From Coleofasciculus sp. B1-GNL1-01 (lineage in GTDB: Bacteria; Cyanobacteriota; Cyanobacteriia; Cyanobacteriales; Coleofasciculaceae), in the NCBI GenBank assembly GCA_040220235.1, contig JAVJTO010000051.1: DNA of 64,000 bases. One strand, 5' to 3'. The notes under the pieces are model-generated. The model made no database searches, was not told where the DNA came from, and saw nothing but the letters and a program-made list of their open reading frames with translations. This document shows, piece after piece, positions 58,565 through 64,000 of this stretch (position 1 is the first letter of the stretch; each line of letters opens with the position of its first letter). Both the position numbers and the translations under genes were made by a program.

Positions 58565-60715
58565 TCAAGCACCGATGGCTTGGCGTAACCATTGAACTTG
58601 ACTCCATTGTTCTGTTTTATGACTCAACGTGATCGGAATTTCAATCACAAACTCTGTGCCGATACCCACTTGAGAATTACAGGTAATTTTTCCTTTGTGT
58701 TTCTCAATAATTTGATAACTTACGGCTAATCCCAATCCTGTCCCTTGTCCAACAGGTTTCGTCGTGAAAAACGGTTCAAACAAATGCTCTTGCAGATGAT
58801 CAGGAATACCTAAACCATTATCGGAAATCCGAATAATGACGGTTGAGTTTAACTCAGCTATTTCCGTACTAATCCTAATCTGGGGTATAAAGGAATCATT
58901 CTGCTGGCTTTTTTCGTCTAACGCCTCAATCGCATTACCAAGAATATTGATAAACACTTGATTAATTTGACCCGGATAACATTCAATTTTAGGCAACTGA
59001 CCAAATTGTTTATTCACTTCAATAGCTGGTCGGTTGGGTTTTTTGTTGAAGCGATTCTGTAAAAGTATCAAGGTACTCTCCAACCCCTGATGTAAATCAA
59101 TTGTCTTCATCTGTGCCTCATTCAGGTGGGAAAAATGCTGGAGCGATCGCACAATGTCTTGAACCCGAACAACGCCTTCGCGAATCGAGTTGAGGGCTTT
59201 GGGAAAGTCTGTCCTGAGAAAGTCAAGCTCAACCGCTTCCATTTGATCTTGAATCGCGGCAACAGGGTGAGGATAATACTGTTGATAGAGATCGATCAAT
59301 TTGAGCAGATCACACCCATATTGATGGGCAAAGCCAACATTTCCGGAAATAAAACCAATGGGATTATTAATCTCATGGGCAATTCCCGCCACTAACTGTC
59401 CCAAGGATGCCATTTTTTTGGTTTGGACTAACTGCGCTTGGGCATTTTTTAGTTCACACAAGGTAAGTTCTAACTGATACGCTTTTTTCCGTTCCCGCGC
59501 TTCTGACTCTCGCAAAGCCTCCTCCGCTTGTCTGCGATCGCTAATATCCCGATGAGTCCCTGTCATCCTTAGTGGGTTCCCGGCTTCATCCCACTCAAAG
59601 ACTTTACCACGAGACAAAATCCACTTCCATTCCCCTGTTTTACATCGCATCCTAAATTCGACTTCATAGATAGGAATTAATCTATCTATATAAGCATTTA
59701 ATACGGCTTTCACTCTTGAGAAATCCTCAGGATGTACTAATTCTTCAAATGCCTGAAAATTATCGTCGATTTCGTATTCTGCATACCCCAGCATCGTTTT
59801 CCACTGCGGATTAAAATAAATATCTCCAGTGATTAATTGCCAATCCCATAATCCCAAATCACTACCAGATAACGCCATTTGCAATCGTTCTTCGGAAATG
59901 CGTAAGGCGGATTGGGTTAACACCTGTTCCGTAATATCATTGAGGGTTCCTGTGGTTCCCGAAACCGTACCATCGGCGGCAAAATTTATCCGCGCATGTA
60001 CCTCCAACCAGCGAATGTCACCCGATTTTGTCAGGTAGCGTACTGTAGGGCGACAGGATTGTTGGACTCCAGTAATCAGCGCATCAAAGTTGTCTCGCCC
60101 CTTTTGCCAGTCATCCGGATGAATACCGTTTAAAAAGGATGTTCCGATACTTTCAGCGATTGAAAAGCCAGTAATTTCTGTCCAAGCCCGATTCAGGAAT
60201 GTCCAGTGTCCGTGAGTATCGGTTTGGAAAATGACTTCTTTAACATTATCGATAACCGACTGATATTTTTCCTGATTCAGACGTTGGCATTCTTGGCGTT
60301 GCTGACTGTCAATCGCATGACGAAATGCCCGAATTAAGCGGTAACTTTTGAGATTTTCGGTCACCTGATCATCCGGTGTCCCCGCTTGGATAACTTGCAG
60401 GCTTAAGGGTTCATCCTGGTTCGCCCTTAATCCGAGAATTGGTAGCGTTAAGCCTAACTGTTTGATTTGAGTAACCGTATCGAAAACGTGAGGATCAGCG
60501 TGGGACAAATGAACGACGATAAGATCAAATGTTTCCTGACTTAATCGGCTTAGGGCTTGACAACTCTGCCTAACTTGTTGAATAATAAACGAATATCTAA
60601 TTTCAGAACATAATCCTTCTCCCAGTAGTTTTATCGTTTGGTAACCATCTTCGACGATGAGAACCTTCAGCGATATAGTGTTGGGGTTTTGCGTAGGGTC
60701 TAGCACCGATAACAT
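58565..60715 (-). CDS. Cytoplasmic histidine kinase (pseudo-REC, 2x PAS, HisKA/HATPase)
   Basis: VLIVED..DLIVVHL (phospho-Asp position is His); IHPDD and VHPED PAS/PAC; AGIAHEINNP; FTTKPVGQGTGLGL. Confidence 0.92.
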   Translation of the reverse strand: MLSVLDPTQNPNTISLKVLIVEDGYQTIKLLGEGLCSEIRYSFIIQQVRQSCQALSRLSQETFDLIVVHLSHADPHVFDTVTQIKQLGLTLPILGLRANQDEPLSLQVIQAGTPDDQVTENLKSYRLIRAFRHAIDSQQRQECQRLNQEKYQSVIDNVKEVIFQTDTHGHWTFLNRAWTEITGFSIAESIGTSFLNGIHPDDWQKGRDNFDALITGVQQSCRPTVRYLTKSGDIRWLEVHARINFAADGTVSGTTGTLNDITEQVLTQSALRISEERLQMALSGSDLGLWDWQLITGDIYFNPQWKTMLGYAEYEIDDNFQAFEELVHPEDFSRVKAVLNAYIDRLIPIYEVEFRMRCKTGEWKWILSRGKVFEWDEAGNPLRMTGTHRDISDRRQAEEALRESEARERKKAYQLELTLCELKNAQAQLVQTKKMASLGQLVAGIAHEINNPIGFISGNVGFAHQYGCDLLKLIDLYQQYYPHPVAAIQDQMEAVELDFLRTDFPKALNSIREGVVRVQDIVRSLQHFSHLNEAQMKTIDLHQGLESTLILLQNRFNKKPNRPAIEVNKQFGQLPKIECYPGQINQVFINILGNAIEALDEKSQQNDSFIPQIRISTEIAELNSTVIIRISDNGLGIPDHLQEHLFEPFFTTKPVGQGTGLGLAVSYQIIEKHKGKITCNSQVGIGTEFVIEIPITLSHKTEQWSQVQWLRQAIGA

Positions 60716-61472
60716 AAGATTTGCCTAAGAACTTGCTTCTACTTAGTTTGACTGTTATTTAAGAGGCAAGATAGTGCTGTAGCGAATTAAACTGTGACAG
60801 TTTATCAACTGAACTACACCTTGCCTATCTATCCTCGGTATAATGCCTATTCAGACGGTTTTCAACGCTCTGCCAATTTGTTCAAATCCAGATAGTTGGT
60901 CTAATTTGTTCACTCTACAGAGAACGTCAGTTCGGTAATTGCCGTTAGAGGTTAAAATCCGTAAAAATTAATCCGGAAAACTTGGTCTTGTCTGTAGCTA
61001 TTGTTACTCGTTTTCAGGAACGTCAGCCGACAACTTTGATTACTGAACCGATTTTCTAAAGTAAACCAGATGACACCCATATAGTCATTCGAGAGTCTAG
61101 TCTTAGTGATGTGTACTCAGCAACCCGTTAAGTGAATTGATGAATGGTTCCTGGGTTAGGGCTGGTTACCGGGTCACTGCTTTTCACTGCACTACGCTAG
61201 TTCTTCCCTTAAACGTTTCTAGACGTTTTTTCCTGAACGTGATCGAAGTTGTGATTTCATGATAGTTAGGGATTCGACCCCCAATTCATATTTTTAATAT
61301 TAATTTAATTTATACTTAATATAAGTTAAAGATATAAATATCCGATTCGTTGTTCATTGTCATTTATCCGCAGTAGTTGACCCAACAAACCGAGAGCAGC
61401 GAGAATCATCAAAAGGAAGGATGGGCTAGTATAGCCACCTTTTTGTAGAATAACTCCACAGTCTAATTTTAA

Positions 61473-62036
61473 GTGGTTATGAACAGAATTCATCAACTCT
61501 TTAAACTCGTTGTGATCGCGATCGCCTTCACCCTAGTTCCCCTAATTTATACTCCATCTGCCTTCGCGCAAACCACACCACCGATGGCTCAAGCCATTAT
61601 CAAAAGCACCTCAGATCCCGCCCAAGTGATGGGGACTGTTAAGTTTACCCAAACCCAAACCGGAATGCAAATTGTTGCAGATATTGATAATGCGCCTCTT
61701 GGCACCCATGGGTTTCACATTCACGAATTTGGCAGTTGTCAAGATTCGGGTAAAGCGGCGGGTGGTCATTTCAACCCCGATGCGGTCAAACATGGTGATT
61801 TGGTTAAAGATGGGTTTACCAGCGCCCACGCTGGAGACTTAGGCAATATCTCGGTAGCGAGTAATGGTGATGGGGGCAAAAGTGTCACTGTACCCGGACT
61901 CACCTTTCATGGAAACCAATATGCGATCGCAGGTCGGGCTGTGATTGTTCACGACCAAGCCGATGACTTTGGTCAACCTACGGGTCATGCAGGCGGACGG
62001 ATTGGCTGTGGTGCGATCGCCCTCGTCGGGTCATAA
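61473..62036 (+). CDS. sodC: Exported Cu/Zn superoxide dismutase
   Basis: Signal peptide (AFA), HGFHIHE, AGGHFNP..KHG..HAGDLGN, IVH..DD..G.AGGRIGCG. Confidence 0.93.
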   Translation: MVMNRIHQLFKLVVIAIAFTLVPLIYTPSAFAQTTPPMAQAIIKSTSDPAQVMGTVKFTQTQTGMQIVADIDNAPLGTHGFHIHEFGSCQDSGKAAGGHFNPDAVKHGDLVKDGFTSAHAGDLGNISVASNGDGGKSVTVPGLTFHGNQYAIAGRAVIVHDQADDFGQPTGHAGGRIGCGAIALVGS

Positions 62037-62075
62037 TTTTAAGGGAAGCTCCCCCAGCTTCCCTTCAACATGTCC

Positions 62076-63470
62076 TTATTCCTGCATCCCAGAATACAAG
62101 AGTCGGGCAAATAAACGAGCGCCATCATCACGCTTCAACTCGTCATAAGTGGGAGGTTCCCGGTGATGAAGATCCTTTAGATCCTGAAGCAGTTCAGGAT
62201 GGAATTGACAGGTAAATGAACGGCGGATCAACTTACTCTCGAAATCTTTGTAGTTAATACAGGTTGCTGAACATTCTGTCACGACTTCCGTTTCGTCAGC
62301 CGTTGAACAAAGAATTTCCACCGCAAAGGGAAGCTGCATTAACCAAGACAAAGGACTCCCAGCTAAAATATGCCGATGGGAGATAATCGCATCATGCAGC
62401 AGGCGATATGCCCAATTCGCGAAGAGAATCGCTTCTTCATTCACTTCATCGGAGTGGAACATGGAAATATTTAATTCATGTTCATACTCAATCGACGTAT
62501 CGATTACCCCTTCAAATTCATCAGCCGTCACCTCATGGGCGATAATTACGTCTTCGGGAATGTTAGATGTGTCGCTATCTGGAGATTCATAATGCAACAA
62601 TTGGCGATCGCCCACTTCTTTCTTTTCATTGGGACCAACCGCAAATTCCGGATCATCCCAGTTTTTGGCAACCAGGTGTCCATTTTTCTTCTTCACCTGT
62701 AACGTAGTTCCCACCTGTTGAATATGCTGGCAGACTTTTTGCAAAGATTTTAGGGCTTTACCATTGCGATCGCGTGCCAGATACTCTAGGCTGAATACCT
62801 CATCCACTGCTCGTTTAATTAACCGAACGTGAGATTGTGCTGCCAATTGATGTCCCAAGCAAATAAATAAAGCAGGCGCACTGGTAGGCGATCGCGAAAG
62901 CAGTAGTTTATCGGTGAATCTGTGGAGTTCCTCTAGGGAAATTTTGGCATCGTTAAAGCTGCTAGCATCGCGCACCGACGGATCACCGCCTTCTACAACC
63001 ACCGCTAACCCCGACGTGATCAGCGGTACGACTAACTCTGGATCAAGCATACCCGACGACCAAAACGGGAACAGCAGTGAATCACAATCGGCAATTTTCT
63101 GCGCCAAATACGCCACATTCAGCGAAGCCCGTACCTCTTCACCAACGTGATTGCACCCGACGTGTTCCCAGGGTTCGATCACCGCGATCGCATTCCGGAA
63201 TAAGCTCGGATTCTTCATCAGGAATTCCAAATCTTCCTGAGAATTAATCACCTTTTCCAACGGCAATCCTTTGCCCCATTCAAAGCCTTCGTTTTCCATC
63301 GTCATGGATAGGTCAGGCAAGGGATCGTCTGAATGGCGATCGGCTAAAAACCGACCCAACAAAATATGAACGGATTCAAAATCAGATCCCCCTTCACACA
63401 AGTAACCGGGGCTGAGTCTCCAATCGTTGGTTGTTAATATTTGAGGCTTAACGGATGATGAGTTTGACAT
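62076..63470 (-). CDS. Class I glutamine amidotransferase-like protein, large and atypical
   Basis: VVVEGG, ICLGHQ nucleophile elbow, FHSDEV, QFHPE (Cys-His-Glu triad). Confidence 0.75.
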   Translation of the reverse strand: MSNSSSVKPQILTTNDWRLSPGYLCEGGSDFESVHILLGRFLADRHSDDPLPDLSMTMENEGFEWGKGLPLEKVINSQEDLEFLMKNPSLFRNAIAVIEPWEHVGCNHVGEEVRASLNVAYLAQKIADCDSLLFPFWSSGMLDPELVVPLITSGLAVVVEGGDPSVRDASSFNDAKISLEELHRFTDKLLLSRSPTSAPALFICLGHQLAAQSHVRLIKRAVDEVFSLEYLARDRNGKALKSLQKVCQHIQQVGTTLQVKKKNGHLVAKNWDDPEFAVGPNEKKEVGDRQLLHYESPDSDTSNIPEDVIIAHEVTADEFEGVIDTSIEYEHELNISMFHSDEVNEEAILFANWAYRLLHDAIISHRHILAGSPLSWLMQLPFAVEILCSTADETEVVTECSATCINYKDFESKLIRRSFTCQFHPELLQDLKDLHHREPPTYDELKRDDGARLFARLLYSGMQE

Positions 63471-63755
63471 CTATAATTTGACTCCTTAACACGTTTTTTT
63501 ATCTAGTCCACTCATCAACGAGTGACCCTGGTAATTGGCTATAGATAGCGTTTTCAAATGAGATGAAAGAAACCCTGAACACAATTCAACAATGAGGCTT
63601 GCAGACCTTTTTGGGTTTACAAATGATTTGTAAACGCTATATAATTTTGCAAGCTGATTGTCTGCTGTAAATACGGAATCAATATCGTCTATCTTTATCA
63701 TATTCGTTATTGAAAGTCAATTCCCATTTTTAACATTCAAAGAACTGACAAAAAC

Positions 63756-63771
63756 TGTAGTGTTGACTACA
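63756..63771. promoter_or_regulatory. Candidate NtcA-binding site upstream of the GATase-like gene
   Basis: TGTAGTGTTGACTACA matches TGTA-N8-TACA, about 290 bp upstream of the start. Confidence 0.55.
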
Positions 63772-63834
63772 AAAAAAATCTAAAAGTAGTGACGTGGCAA
63801 ATCTAGGGCTTGCTGTACAACTCGAAAACCCTTA

Positions 63835-63975
63835 TAAGTAGGTGGTAAACAATTAAAGTTAACGGTGGAGATCGTTATTTGTCATTTGTCAGATCCCAGC
63901 CCCTCACAGAACAACCCAAAACCTAATACCTAATACCTAATCCGGCATACATAACCCTTTTATGTCCAGATTCTA
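63835..63975. mobile_element. Third, degenerate copy of the taagtaggtgg MITE family, containing STRR/acctaat repeats
   Basis: Left end taagtaggtggtaaacaattaaagttaacggtggag; degenerate right end ttttatgtccagattcta. Confidence 0.55.
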
Positions 63976-64000
63976 GAAGACGTTGCATCCAAGGTCTCTA

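Noticed and set aside
63486..63701. 71-aa ORF upstream of the GATase-like gene
   Set aside because: AT-rich promoter-like region with no motif; cannot be supported
1..64000. CRISPR array, tRNA or rRNA genes
   Set aside because: No regularly spaced direct repeats with unique spacers and no cloverleaf or rRNA signature recognised; the REPINs are dispersed inverted repeats

Overview
64 kb of a filamentous cyanobacterial chromosome. Evidence: dense HIP1 octamers (GCGATCGC), heptamer STRR runs, GTAG-type REP palindromes, psbQ, psb30, a flavodiiron gene and kaiC. The treYZ and gpgP-like osmolyte genes suggest a halotolerant mat-former such as Coleofasciculus, which is inference only. Core genes (crtI end, recJ, psb30, treY/treZ, psbQ, hemB, cysK, sodC) alternate with accessory material. 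Best candidates for novel systems: (1) a two-gene graspetide (omega-ester RiPP) locus at 56.9-58.3 kb, a RimK-like ATP-grasp ligase plus an 88-aa precursor with a double-glycine-type leader and two T(T/S)xxxGEEGG cores; (2) an AT-rich cassette at 24.0-25.8 kb pairing a PD-(D/E)xK-like protein with an atypical UPRT-like phosphoribosyltransferase, possibly for phage defence; (3) a putative surface-structure cluster at 2.2-9.4 kb. Other notable items: a KaiC2-like gene without kaiB, separated from an upstream hybrid kinase by an insertion bounded by a 21-bp direct repeat; a J-domain/haemagglutinin-like chimeric relic joined at a HIP1 site; a xisH-xisI deletion fusion beside an MNT-HEPN toxin-antitoxin pair; a psiE-flv pair lacking flv4; and several MITE families. 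No rRNA, tRNA or CRISPR array was recognised. All calls come from motif recognition by eye; no searches were run.
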